Source: an archaeon
GTDB taxonomy: Archaea > Nanobdellota > Nanobdellia > Pacearchaeales > GW2011-AR1
Direction: 5' to 3'
DNA length: 56,392 nucleotides
Assembly: GCA_009992175.1 (NCBI GenBank)
Contig: JAACWA010000015.1
Span: 1 to 56,392, forward strand
Below, in pieces: positions 36,967 through 47,375 of the stretch. The notes under the pieces are model-generated. The model did no database searches, had not been told where the DNA came from, and saw only the letters and a program-made list of their open reading frames with translations. Position numbers and translations under genes: made by a program. Position 1 is the stretch's first letter. Each line of letters starts with the position of its first letter.

Positions 36967-39900
36967 ATGGTTGCGGAAAAAAATCATCTAGTTGTAAAAA
37001 AATATTTAGAGGGACATTCACTTGTAGAGTCAAACATTATTTCTTATAATGAATTTATTGGTCATAGAATGCAAGAAATTGTTGATGACATTTCTGGTTC
37101 AATAGATCAAGATGAAGAAGAATTTAAAATTCAATTAGGAAAAGTAGAAGTGGGTAAACCGGCTGTAATAGAAGCTGATGGGAGTGCTTCAAAAATAATG
37201 CCTTATGAAGCAAGACTTAGAAATTTAACTTACGCTGCACCAATAACTCTTGAATTAACTGTAAAAAAAGATGGACAAGTAGATTCTGAATTAGTTGAAA
37301 TTGGAAAAATCCCTGTAATGGTTAAAAGTAATGCTTGTAACACTCAAGTTTTAGATAAAAAGGGTTTAATTGAAAATTATCATGACCCCTTAGACCCTGG
37401 AGGATACTTTATTATTAAAGGAAATGAAAGAGTAATGGTTATGGCTGAAGACCTTGCTGAAAATCAACCTTTTATTGAAGAAAATAATAAAGGTCAATTA
37501 ATTTTGAAACTCTTTAGTCTTAAAGGAACCTATAGAATTCCAACAACAATTAAAGAAAGTAAGGAAGGAATTTTTGAAACTTCATTTTCAAGATTCAAAG
37601 ATGTTCCGACAGTAATTTTGTTAAAATCACTTGGATTAACTAAAGAATCAGATATTTCTAAATTTATAGGAAAAGAAACTGACAGTGTAATTGTTAACCT
37701 TTACGAATTTGCCAACCTTGCAACTGAAGAAGATGCAATGATGTATATTGCAGAAAAAACTAATTTACAAGGAACAAAGAAAGAAATTTTAGATAGGGTT
37801 AAACAAAGAATTGATTCTTATTTATTTCCCCACATTGGACAAGACAAAAATTCTCGAATGAAAAAAGCAGTTACAATTTGTAAATTAATTAAACAATTTT
37901 TACTTGCAAAGGAGAATCCTGAACTTCATACTGATAAAGACCATTATGCAAATAAAAGAGTTAGACTTTCAGGTGACTTGTTAACTACACTTTTCAAAGT
38001 TAACCTTGGAATTTTAATTAGAGATTTACAGTATTCCCTTCAAAAATCTTCAAAAAGAAAGAAATTTTTCTCAATAAAAGTTTTAGCAAAATCAACTTTA
38101 TTTAGTCATAGAGTTGAATCAGCAATTGCAACAGGTTCATGGACTGGAGAAAGAAGTGGAGTTACTCAAAATATGGATAAGACAAACTACCTTGCAACAA
38201 TTTCACAATTGCAAAGAGTTTCGAGTATGCTTGAAAGTGGACAAGAAAACTTTAAAGCAAGAACTCTTCATCCCACACATTTTGGAAGATTTTGTCCAAT
38301 TGAAACTCCTGAAGGAACTGAAATTGGATTAAGAAAAAATTTAGCTTTAATGAGTAAAGTTGCAACAAGGGTAGATTTAGATGAAGATAGATTTATGAAA
38401 TATTTAGAAAAATCTGGATTGGATAAAGAGAGGGTAGATGGAATGGAAGTTTTCTTTAATGGAAATTATATTGGGAATGTTGAAAATGGGAAGGACTTTG
38501 CAAATTTAATAAAAGAAAAAAGAAGAGCAGGAGAACTTCCGGTTGAATTGAGCCTTCATGAAAAAATTGGACTTCAATCAATTTCTATTTCAACTGAACC
38601 TGGAAGAGTTTTAAGGCCATTAGTGATTGTTGAAAATGGAGTTTCTAAATTAAAAGATGAACATTTAATTCAATTAGAACAGGGGAATATGACTTGGGTT
38701 GACCTTGTTAAAATGGGAATAGTTGAGTACCTTGACGCCTCCGAAGAAGAAGGAGCTTTGGTTTCTATTAATAACCAAGAAATTACTTCTGACCACACTC
38801 ATGTTGAAGTTGACTCTATCTCATTCTTAGGGGCTGTAACGAGTTTAGTTCCATATGGTAACCATGATCAGTCATCGAGGTTGAACAGAGGTTCAAAGAC
38901 CCAGAAACAGGCTCTTGGGCTTTATGCTGCTAATTATTTATGTAGACTTGATACTGATGTTTCAATTTTACAATATCCTCAAAAACCTCTTGTTAGAAGT
39001 TTTGTATATGATACCTTAAACACTTACCCTGCAGGACAAAATTTGACTGTTGCAATCATGACTTATGAAGGATATAATATGGAAGATGCCCTTATCTTAA
39101 ACAAAGGAAGTCTTGACCGTGGAGTTGGAAGAAGTTTTTACTTTAGACCATATTCTGCAATAGAAATGAATTATGCTGGAGGATTAAAAGATGAAATTAC
39201 AATTCCAGATAAAGATATCTCCGGTTACAAAATGGAATCACTTTACAAATCTCTAGAAGATGATGGAATTATTTATCCTGAATCAGAGATACATGAAGGA
39301 GAAGTTTTAATTGGAAAAACTTCACCTCCTAAATTTTTAAGTGAAGCAAGAGAAATTTCAGTTAGAACAAAAAAAGAATCAAGTGTGACACTTAGGCAAG
39401 AAGAAAAGGGAGTTGTTGAATCAGTATTTGTGACAATTGATGATGAAGGAAATAAAATTGTTCAAGTTAAAACAAGAGATTTGAGGATTCCTGAATTGGG
39501 AGATAAATTTGCAACTGCACACGGACAGAAAGGAGTTATTGGTGCAATTGTCGACGAAGAAGATATTCCTTTTACAAATTCTGGGGTGAGACCCGACATA
39601 ATGTTTAATCCTCATGGATTACCAAGTCGTATGACTGTTGGATATTTACTTGAACTTTTAGCAGGAAAAACTGCTTCACTTAGAGGAAAAGTAGTTGATG
39701 GAACTTCTTTCTCCGGTGAAACTAAAAAAGATTTGGAAGAGCAACTTAAAAATCTTGGATTTAGGTATGACGGAAAAGAAACTATGAGAAGTGGAGTTAC
39801 AGGAAAAAAACTTATTTCAAAGATTTTTATTGGAAATTTATATTATTTGAAACTTAAGTATATGGTAGCAAATAAACTTCATGGAAGAGCATCTGGAAAG

Positions 39901-40230
39901 ATTGCACTTCTTACAAGGCAACCAATCGAAGGAAGAAGTCGTGGAGGAGCACTTAGACTTGGGGAAATGGAACAACAAGCACTTGTTGCTCATGGAGCAT
40001 CACTTCTATTAAAAGAAAGGTATGATTCAGATAAAGTTGTTTTACCAATTTGTTCTAAATGTGGTTCAATAGGACTTGAAGACAAAATAAGAAATAAAAC
40101 ATCTTGTCCTGAATGCCACTCAGAAGAAATTGAACCAATTGAAGTTTCATATGCTTTCAAACTTTTAGTTGAAGAACTTCAAGGACTTCACGTAAATACT
40201 AAATTTGATTTAAAAAATAAATACGAATAA
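36967..40230 (+). CDS. rpoB: RNA polymerase subunit B (Rpo2), unsplit
   Basis: CPIETPEG, GYNMEDA, GDKF...HGQKG, NPHG.PSRMT, LRLGEME, C-terminal Zn finger. Confidence 0.98.
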   Translation: MVAEKNHLVVKKYLEGHSLVESNIISYNEFIGHRMQEIVDDISGSIDQDEEEFKIQLGKVEVGKPAVIEADGSASKIMPYEARLRNLTYAAPITLELTVKKDGQVDSELVEIGKIPVMVKSNACNTQVLDKKGLIENYHDPLDPGGYFIIKGNERVMVMAEDLAENQPFIEENNKGQLILKLFSLKGTYRIPTTIKESKEGIFETSFSRFKDVPTVILLKSLGLTKESDISKFIGKETDSVIVNLYEFANLATEEDAMMYIAEKTNLQGTKKEILDRVKQRIDSYLFPHIGQDKNSRMKKAVTICKLIKQFLLAKENPELHTDKDHYANKRVRLSGDLLTTLFKVNLGILIRDLQYSLQKSSKRKKFFSIKVLAKSTLFSHRVESAIATGSWTGERSGVTQNMDKTNYLATISQLQRVSSMLESGQENFKARTLHPTHFGRFCPIETPEGTEIGLRKNLALMSKVATRVDLDEDRFMKYLEKSGLDKERVDGMEVFFNGNYIGNVENGKDFANLIKEKRRAGELPVELSLHEKIGLQSISISTEPGRVLRPLVIVENGVSKLKDEHLIQLEQGNMTWVDLVKMGIVEYLDASEEEGALVSINNQEITSDHTHVEVDSISFLGAVTSLVPYGNHDQSSRLNRGSKTQKQALGLYAANYLCRLDTDVSILQYPQKPLVRSFVYDTLNTYPAGQNLTVAIMTYEGYNMEDALILNKGSLDRGVGRSFYFRPYSAIEMNYAGGLKDEITIPDKDISGYKMESLYKSLEDDGIIYPESEIHEGEVLIGKTSPPKFLSEAREISVRTKKESSVTLRQEEKGVVESVFVTIDDEGNKIVQVKTRDLRIPELGDKFATAHGQKGVIGAIVDEEDIPFTNSGVRPDIMFNPHGLPSRMTVGYLLELLAGKTASLRGKVVDGTSFSGETKKDLEEQLKNLGFRYDGKETMRSGVTGKKLISKIFIGNLYYLKLKYMVANKLHGRASGKIALLTRQPIEGRSRGGALRLGEMEQQALVAHGASLLLKERYDSDKVVLPICSKCGSIGLEDKIRNKTSCPECHSEEIEPIEVSYAFKLLVEELQGLHVNTKFDLKNKYE

Positions 40231-40232
40231 AA

Positions 40233-40604
40233 ATGGGAAAAAATATTGAAAAATTAGCAGAATATGGAGAATTTGTATTAGAACAAAGTTTAGTTTCGAG
40301 CTTAAAAAAAATTCAATTAAATTTGAGAGATTTATCTGAAGTTAAGGAAGATATTAACTTAAAAGAAGCCTATACTAAAAATTTGAAATTAAATGTAACA
40401 GAACATCAAAACAATGTTGAATATTTTAAAAAAGAATATGGTCTGAACTTTCCTGAATTGAATGAAAAATATAAAAAATTATTACCAGAGATTATTAAAT
40501 ATTCTGAATCAAAAATAGGAAAGGAAAATTTAGGAAAAATACTCAAAGAAGGATTCAAAATCATAAGTGAAGATAAAAAATTAGTTGAGGAATTAAGAAA
40601 ATGA
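40233..40604 (+). CDS. Hypothetical protein inserted in the RNAP operon
   Basis: Starts 2 bp after rpoB; ATGA overlap downstream. Confidence 0.55.
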   Translation: MGKNIEKLAEYGEFVLEQSLVSSLKKIQLNLRDLSEVKEDINLKEAYTKNLKLNVTEHQNNVEYFKKEYGLNFPELNEKYKKLLPEIIKYSESKIGKENLGKILKEGFKIISEDKKLVEELRK

Positions 40605-40792
40605 AAAAACAATCAGAAAGTGATTATGAAAAGATGATAAACCTCCCTTTCAATAGTGATGGTTATAATCCAAGTAATTATGAGAGAAAAATTGAAAATA
40701 AAAAATTGAGTATTGAAGAAGTTCAAAAAGATTTTATTAAAATGCCTAACATTGAGGAAATTCAAAGTAAATTTATAAAATTAAAAAAATGA
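40601..40792 (+). CDS. Small hypothetical protein inserted in the RNAP operon
   Basis: ATGA overlaps on both sides. Confidence 0.5.
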   Translation: MKKQSESDYEKMINLPFNSDGYNPSNYERKIENKKLSIEEVQKDFIKMPNIEEIQSKFIKLKK

Positions 40793-43700
40793 AAAAAACA
40801 GTAAGCAAAAAAATTGGAGAAATAAAGTTTTCATTACTTAGCCCTGAGCAAATAAAAAAGATTTCAGTAGCTAAAATTGTAACTCCTGAACTTTATGACA
40901 TCGATGGTTATCCTGTTGATGGAGGTTTGATGGATTTGCGTCTTGGAGCAATTGATCCTGGAGTGAGATGTCGAACTTGCGGAGGAAAAATTAAGGAATG
41001 TTTGGGACATCCTGGAAGTATTGACCTCGCAAAACCAATTATGCATTTAAAATATATTTCTGTAATTGAACTTGGACTTAGATCATTTTGTCAAGAGTGT
41101 GGAAAACTTATGCTTGATGAAAAAGATTTGAAAAAATATTCTCCAAGTGAAAGAGCAAAAAAAGCAAAAGACAATAAAAAGTGTCCTCACTGTCAAGCAA
41201 CTCAGGAAAAAGTAAAACTCGAAAAACCAACAAGCTTTTACAAAGGAAAAACAAGACTTTTCCCAACTGAAATAAGAGAAAGTTTAGTTAAAATTCCAGA
41301 TGAAGAACTTAAAAAAATTGGTGTTAACCCAAGAACATGTAGAATAGAATGGGCAATTTTAAATTCTTTAATTGTTCCGCCTGTTACAGTTAGACCAAGT
41401 ATTATTTTAGAGTCTGGAGAAAGAAGTGAAGATGATTTAACTCATAAATTGTCAGATATCATAAGGGCTAATCAAAGACTTTGGGAAAACCTTAATGCTG
41501 GAGCTCCAGAAGTTATAATTGAAGACCTTTGGGATTTACTTCAATATCATATTACAACTTTCTTTGACAATACTGTTGCTAGAGTTCCTCCAGCAAGACA
41601 TAGAAGTGGTCAACCTTTGAAAACAATTACTGAAAGGATAAAAGGTAAAGAAGGAAGAATTAGAAAAAACATCGCCGGAAAAAGAGTAAACTATTCTGGT
41701 AGAACTGTGATTAGTCCTGACCCTAATATTAGAATAAATGAAGTTGGAATTCCTTTTGAAATTGCAAGAGTTGTTACAGTTTCAGAAACAGTTAATGATT
41801 TGAATAAAGAAAAACTTTCTAAACTTATTAAAAATGGTGAAGTTTGGCCAGGAGCAAACTATATTATTAGGCCTGATGGAAGAAAGAAAAAAATAACTGC
41901 TGAACTTCAAGAAGAGATTATTGAAGAACTTAAACCTGGATATAAAGTTGAAAGACATTTACAGGATGGAGATGTTGTTTTGTTTAACCGTCATCCTTCA
42001 CTTCATAGAGCAAGTTTAATGGCACACTTTGTGAGAGTTCTTCCAGGAAGAACTTTTAGAGTCCACCCCGCTGCAGCAAATCCTTATAATGCCGACTTTG
42101 ACGGTGATGAGATGAATATTCACTCTCCACAAAATGAAGAAGCGAGAGCTGAATCAAAAATATTACTTGATGTTAAACAAAATTTAATTTCACCAAAGAA
42201 TAATACTAATTTAATTGGATGTATTGTTGACGCAGTTACAGGAAATTACCTTCTTGGTCAAAAAGAATTTACACGTGAAGAAGCAAATCAACTTTTATAT
42301 AAATCGGGAATTGAATTAGATATTTCGACAAAGATGATTAGTGGAAAAGATGTTTTCTCTTCAGTAATTCCTGATGTAGATTTTTCAAACTCCTCAATTG
42401 AAATTAAAAAAGGAAAAGTCCTTAAGGGAGATATTGATAAAAGTACTTTTGGTGACGAAGGTGGAGAACTTGTAAAAATAATTGATCAAAAGTATGGAAG
42501 AAATGAAGCATTTGATTCTATTAGAAGAGCATTTAACCTTGGTAAAAATTATTTGTCGGAAAGAGGAATCACTGCATCTGTTGAAGACTTTGATTTAGAT
42601 GAAGACACAATTGCAGAGAGTGAAAAAATAATTAAATCAACTGAGAAAAAAGCTGATGAAATTATTCAATCTTATCGAGATGAAACAATCGAACTTATTC
42701 CGGGAAAATCAGCAGAAGAATCTCGTGAAATACATTTACTTAAAGTTTTAAATGAAGTTAGAACAAAAATTGGTGCAATGGTAAAAGAAAGATTCCCCAA
42801 CACTAATCCAGTTAGTTATATGATAAAATCTGGTGGTGGAGGAAATATTCTTAACATTACTCAGATGGCTTCATGTGTTGGTCAACAGGCCTTTGCTGGA
42901 GGAAGAATTGATATTGGTTACACTGAAAGAACACTTTCATTTTTCAAAAAAGGAGATTTGAGTCCAAAAGCAAGAGGATTTATTCGAAGTGCATTTATTA
43001 AAGGACTTAGACCTGATGAATTTTTCTTCCAAGCAATTACTGGTCGTGATTCACTGATGGATACTGCACTTAGAACTCCAAAATCAGGTTATTTATATAG
43101 ACGTCTTGCTAATGCACTTCAAGATATGAGGGTTGAATATGATGGAACAATTAGAGATTCAGGAAACAATATAATCCAATTCAAATATGGTCTTGATGGA
43201 TATGATGTTTCAAAAATTCACTTAAAAGAAAAAATCTCGTCGGGAGAAGCAGTTGGACTCGTGACTGCACAGTCATTTGGTGAAGCTTCAACACAGATGG
43301 TTTTGAATACTTTCCATATGGCAGGTGTAGCTGAAATGCAGGTTACAACTGGACTTCCAAGAATTATTGAAATTTTTGACGCAAGAAAGAAACCTTCTTC
43401 ACCAAAAATGGAAATTCACTTAGAAAGCGAGTTTAATAATGAAGAAAGTGCTAAAGAGTTTGCAGAACAAATTAAAGAAGTAAACCTAAAGGGAATTTCT
43501 TCAGAAATTAATTTAGATTTTAGTTCAAAAACAATTTCAATTAATTTAGATAAAAATGAACTTAAGAAAACACATACAACTTTAAACAAAGTTGTTGAAA
43601 AGCTTAATGAACTTGGGTTTAACGTCGAGAACAAAGGAAATTCCATTGTTTTAAATGCATCAGAATATGGATTTAAAGAAATTTATCAACTTAAAGAAAA

Positions 43701-44277
43701 ATTGAAAAAATCAATTATTTCGGGTGTTAAAGGTGTTGAACAAATATTGATTGTGAAAAGAGGAAGAGACTTTATTGTTATGACTCTTGGAACAAACTTG
43801 AAAGAAATGATAAAATTAAAAGAAGTTGATAAAAAGAAAATAATCTCTAATGACTTGCATGAAGTTGCAGTTGTATTTGGAATTGAAGCTGCAAGACAAT
43901 TAATTATTAATGAAATTAAAGAAGTTCTTGATTCACAGGGACTTGATATTAATATTAAACACTTGGAGCTTGTTGCTGATGCTATGACTAATAATGGTGA
44001 AGTTAAAGGAGTTACAAGGATGGGAATTATTGCTCAGAAAGCATCTATTTTAGCAAGAGCAACTTTTGAAACTCCAGTTAGACAGTTTGTAAATGCAATT
44101 GTTAAAGGTTCAACAGATAAATTAGAAAGTGTAATTGAGAACATTATTTTAAACCAACCTGTTCCAGTTGGGACAGGATTACCTGGATTGGTTGTAAATG
44201 TTATTGGTCCCTTAACTAAAGAAGAAAAACTTAAGAAAACTGCCGACTCAAAAATTGTTGAAAAAACAAATAAATAA
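40789..44277 (+). CDS. rpoA: RNA polymerase subunit A, fused A'+A'' (Rpo1)
   Basis: NADFDGDEMN; SGYLYRRL followed in frame by the A'' motifs GEAVG..AQSFGE.STQMVLNTFH and PVGTG. Confidence 0.97.
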   Translation: MKKTVSKKIGEIKFSLLSPEQIKKISVAKIVTPELYDIDGYPVDGGLMDLRLGAIDPGVRCRTCGGKIKECLGHPGSIDLAKPIMHLKYISVIELGLRSFCQECGKLMLDEKDLKKYSPSERAKKAKDNKKCPHCQATQEKVKLEKPTSFYKGKTRLFPTEIRESLVKIPDEELKKIGVNPRTCRIEWAILNSLIVPPVTVRPSIILESGERSEDDLTHKLSDIIRANQRLWENLNAGAPEVIIEDLWDLLQYHITTFFDNTVARVPPARHRSGQPLKTITERIKGKEGRIRKNIAGKRVNYSGRTVISPDPNIRINEVGIPFEIARVVTVSETVNDLNKEKLSKLIKNGEVWPGANYIIRPDGRKKKITAELQEEIIEELKPGYKVERHLQDGDVVLFNRHPSLHRASLMAHFVRVLPGRTFRVHPAAANPYNADFDGDEMNIHSPQNEEARAESKILLDVKQNLISPKNNTNLIGCIVDAVTGNYLLGQKEFTREEANQLLYKSGIELDISTKMISGKDVFSSVIPDVDFSNSSIEIKKGKVLKGDIDKSTFGDEGGELVKIIDQKYGRNEAFDSIRRAFNLGKNYLSERGITASVEDFDLDEDTIAESEKIIKSTEKKADEIIQSYRDETIELIPGKSAEESREIHLLKVLNEVRTKIGAMVKERFPNTNPVSYMIKSGGGGNILNITQMASCVGQQAFAGGRIDIGYTERTLSFFKKGDLSPKARGFIRSAFIKGLRPDEFFFQAITGRDSLMDTALRTPKSGYLYRRLANALQDMRVEYDGTIRDSGNNIIQFKYGLDGYDVSKIHLKEKISSGEAVGLVTAQSFGEASTQMVLNTFHMAGVAEMQVTTGLPRIIEIFDARKKPSSPKMEIHLESEFNNEESAKEFAEQIKEVNLKGISSEINLDFSSKTISINLDKNELKKTHTTLNKVVEKLNELGFNVENKGNSIVLNASEYGFKEIYQLKEKLKKSIISGVKGVEQILIVKRGRDFIVMTLGTNLKEMIKLKEVDKKKIISNDLHEVAVVFGIEAARQLIINEIKEVLDSQGLDINIKHLELVADAMTNNGEVKGVTRMGIIAQKASILARATFETPVRQFVNAIVKGSTDKLESVIENIILNQPVPVGTGLPGLVVNVIGPLTKEEKLKKTADSKIVEKTNK

Positions 44278-44390
44278 AAATAATGATTAAAGATTTCTCT
44301 CTTAAGACAATTACTGACGAATAAAATGAATATTTTAAAAATGACAAATAACAATTTTTATAAAGCAAATAGATATATGAGGATTGTAAC

Positions 44391-44807
44391 ATGGTAAATA
44401 CAATTGATATGCAGGGGTTAAGATATCTAAGTTTATTTAGAAAAATAACTAAACTTGAAACCAGATATTGTTTTTTATATAATGAAATTTTAATGTTTTG
44501 TGTTCATAAGCATGACATTCCCCAAGCACTTGGAAGAAATGGAGAAAATCTAAAGAAGATGTCTGACATTTTAAAAAGAAGGGTTAGAATAATTCAAATT
44601 CCAAAAGGAATAGAAACTGCTAAACAATTTATTCAAGCTGTAATTGCTCCAGTTACTTTTAAAGAAATTGAAATTACCCCAAATGAATTAATAGTTAATG
44701 CTGGTAGCGAAAACAAGGCTGCGCTTCTAGGTAGAAACAAAAGAAGATTGAATGAAATGAAGACTATTGTTAAAGATTTTTTTAGAGTTGAATATAAGGT
44801 AATTTAA
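44391..44807 (+). CDS. nusA: Archaeal NusA-like KH protein
   Basis: ALGRNGENLKK and LLGRNKRRL KH loops; syntenic position. Confidence 0.88.
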   Translation: MVNTIDMQGLRYLSLFRKITKLETRYCFLYNEILMFCVHKHDIPQALGRNGENLKKMSDILKRRVRIIQIPKGIETAKQFIQAVIAPVTFKEIEITPNELIVNAGSENKAALLGRNKRRLNEMKTIVKDFFRVEYKVI

Positions 44808-44875
44808 TTTGAAACTCTTTTTTAAAATTCATCACAAGCTTTTTAAACTAATTTTCTTAAGGATATTCATATAAA

Positions 44876-45298
44876 ATGGGATTAAAAAGTGCATTTAAAA
44901 AATTAAAAGATAGAAAGAAATTTAGGTGGAAAGACCGGGCTTACAAAGTTCATACTCTCGACCTTTATTCTAAATCTGATCCCCTTGGTGGAGCAAATCA
45001 AGCTAAAGGAATTGTTCTCTCTAAATTTCAAAAAGAAGCAAGACAGCCTAACTCTGCCATGAGAAAGTGTTGCAGAGTTCAGTTAACAAAAAATGGAAAA
45101 GTTGTTGGAGCTTTTATTCCTGGAAACTTAGCTCAAAAATTTATTGATGAACATGATGAAGTAATGATTGAAAGAATTGGTGGAAAACAAGGACGTGCTA
45201 AAGGAGACATTGCAGGAATCAGATATAAAGTAATTAAAGTAAATGATCAACCTCTTCACAGATTGTGGATGGGTAAGATACAGAAGGGTAGAAGATAA
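44876..45298 (+). CDS. rps12: 30S ribosomal protein S12 (uS12)
   Basis: [28 protein letters not shown]. Confidence 0.97.
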   Translation: MGLKSAFKKLKDRKKFRWKDRAYKVHTLDLYSKSDPLGGANQAKGIVLSKFQKEARQPNSAMRKCCRVQLTKNGKVVGAFIPGNLAQKFIDEHDEVMIERIGGKQGRAKGDIAGIRYKVIKVNDQPLHRLWMGKIQKGRR

Positions 45299-45299
45299 A

Positions 45300-45923
45300 A
45301 TGGAAGAAAAAATAACTGAAAAAAAAGAAATTAATTTTAAAATTTTTGATATGTGGGACATTTCGGAAGTTCAAATTGTTGACCTGGGACTTAAGAACGC
45401 AATTAATTTAAAACCATTACTTGCACTTAAAACTCACGGAAGAAATGTTGTTAAACATGGCCAAACTAAAGTTAACATTGTTGAAAGACTAATGAATAAA
45501 CTTTCTCTTACTGGACATAGAAATAAAAAACACAGACTTGAAGTTGGACATTCTACTGGAAAATATTCTAAAAATATGAATATGGTTATTGAAGCATTCA
45601 AAGTTATTGAAAAGAAAACTGGTAAAAACCCTGTTGAAGTTTTAGTTAGATCAATTGAAAAAGCTAGTCCTAGAGATGAAACAACAATAATTGAATATGG
45701 TGGAGCAAGGTATCCCCAAGCTGTTGACGTTTCACCGATAAGACGTGTTAACTTAGCATTAAAAAATATGGTTCACGGGGCAAGTGATAAAGCTTTTGGA
45801 AAAAAGAAAAAGTTAAGTCAAACATTAGCTGAAGAAATAATTATGGCTTATGAAGAAAATGGTGAAAGCGTTGCAATGAGAAAAAAGAAAGAAGCTGAAG
45901 CTCAAGCTGATTCTGCTAGATAA
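45300..45923 (+). CDS. rps7: 30S ribosomal protein S7 (uS7)
   Basis: IVERLMNK, NPVEVLV, YGGARYPQAVDVSP.RR, A.SAR; start at ATG 45300. Confidence 0.97.
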   Translation: MEEKITEKKEINFKIFDMWDISEVQIVDLGLKNAINLKPLLALKTHGRNVVKHGQTKVNIVERLMNKLSLTGHRNKKHRLEVGHSTGKYSKNMNMVIEAFKVIEKKTGKNPVEVLVRSIEKASPRDETTIIEYGGARYPQAVDVSPIRRVNLALKNMVHGASDKAFGKKKKLSQTLAEEIIMAYEENGESVAMRKKKEAEAQADSAR

Positions 45924-45976
45924 AATCTATTTTGCATCTTAATAATTGTTATAAAGAAATGATTTCTAGATAATTT

Positions 45977-46342
45977 ATGGTTAATTTGATTACTTTGGCA
46001 TTTTTATTACTCTTTAATTCTCAAGATGGAAATTTTGTAAAACAAGGAGATACATTTTACAAAGATAAAAATGAGAAATTTCTTCTAGAAGATTTTAAAT
46101 TAAATAAATATAGGATTCAGTCTGCATATGACCTTAATTTTAATGGAAAAATAGACCATATTGCCTATTATGGATTAGAAAAAGGAATTGTTTCTAAAAC
46201 AGCCTCGGGAATTGTAAAATTAAAAAGCGAGATTAATTTTGATGATTTTTTGGAAAAAGAAAGGAATATTGAATTAAATAAAGAATATCTTTTGATAGAT
46301 TCAGATGGAAATGGAACACTTGAGACAAGAAGTGATTTTTAA
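45977..46342 (+). CDS. Secreted hypothetical protein with DxDxNG-like loops
   Basis: Short signal peptide; DLNFNGKID, DSDGNGTLE. Confidence 0.55.
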   Translation: MVNLITLAFLLLFNSQDGNFVKQGDTFYKDKNEKFLLEDFKLNKYRIQSAYDLNFNGKIDHIAYYGLEKGIVSKTASGIVKLKSEINFDDFLEKERNIELNKEYLLIDSDGNGTLETRSDF

Positions 46343-46369
46343 ATAATAATTTTTCTTCTTAATTTTTTA

Positions 46370-46732
46370 ATAAAAAAACCTTCGGAAATTGAAGACTATT
46401 ATGAAAGGTTAGGAATTTCTAGAGATACATCTCCTGATGAAATAAAAAAAGCTTATAGAAAATTGGCAATTAAGTATCATCCAGATAAAAATCTAGGTAA
46501 TGAAGAAAAAAGCAAATTGGAATTCATTGCAATTGGAGAAGCTTATGAAAAATGTACTCAACATGGAGAAGGACCTTTGGATAAAAAAGGATATGAGTAT
46601 TATTAGGAAATATTTAGGGAAAATTTTGAAATGTATAGGGAACTCTCAGAAAAAATGAATAAAGATGAAGACCCTATCTTAAAAGAATGGGGAAGACTTC
46701 TTGATTATTATTTAAAAAAATTATTTTGTTAA
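46370..46732 (+). pseudogene. J-domain (DnaJ-like) gene absent from the ORF track: ATA start and in-frame TAG
   Basis: [33 protein letters not shown]...AIGEAYE; TAG at 46604-46606; frame continues 41 codons to TAA at 46730-46732. Confidence 0.8.
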
Positions 46733-46754
46733 ATTAATTATTAATTAAAAGAAC

Positions 46755-47288
46755 TTAAACCTTAAATTCATAATTAAATTTTTTGTGATAATCAATAACT
46801 TCCTTAGTAATTGGGTTTGGATGTCTTCCACTCCATCTTTCTTCTCCAATCCTTCTAAAAAGAGTATAAATTTCTAAATCATTAAGGTAATTATAAGAAG
46901 AAAGAGAGGGATATTTTGTTTCCCTATTTAATCTTGCAAAATGGGTTTCATGAATTAATCCTTTTGAAATAAATAAGTTAAGAAAATGGTTATATGCCAT
47001 TTCAGAATATCTTTTTAAAATTGGATTAATTGCCTTTGAGATTTCATTCCTTTTGTTATAATTCATAACTGGACCTTTAAATAAATCATAAATTTTTTTA
47101 CCGTATTTTTTAATGATTAAATTTCTCTGGGCTTCTTGTCAAAAATCATTTTTCACATTTCCAAACATAATTAACCCGTCATCCATATCTGCATTTTCAG
47201 AGAAATTAAGATAAGCGAAAATTTCTCTTTTACTTTTTAACCCAATTCTTTCTCCCACTTTCTTTATTAAACTTTTTTTAATCTTCAT
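46755..47288 (-). pseudogene. Hypothetical gene with one in-frame TGA
   Basis: ATG 47288 MKIKKSLIKK...NDF*QEAQRNL... is in frame with ORF 46755-47066; TGA at 47139-47141. Confidence 0.6.
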
Positions 47289-47375
47289 TCTTTAAAAAAA
47301 TTAAAAGAGTTTTTAATAATTATTGTACTTGCAATTTAAGAAAAGTTTTATAAACTAATTTTTATAAGGCTAAAT

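Noticed and set aside
28108..44277. Inteins in NrdJ, RpoB or RpoA
   Set aside because: Lengths are normal or short and no splice-junction or LAGLIDADG motifs were seen
46604..47141. Stop-codon reassignment, selenocysteine or pyrrolysine at the in-frame TAG/TGA
   Set aside because: TGA ends nrdJ right after its conserved C-terminal motif, TAG ends several ORFs, conserved genes have no internal stops, and no Sec/Pyl machinery is seen in the window
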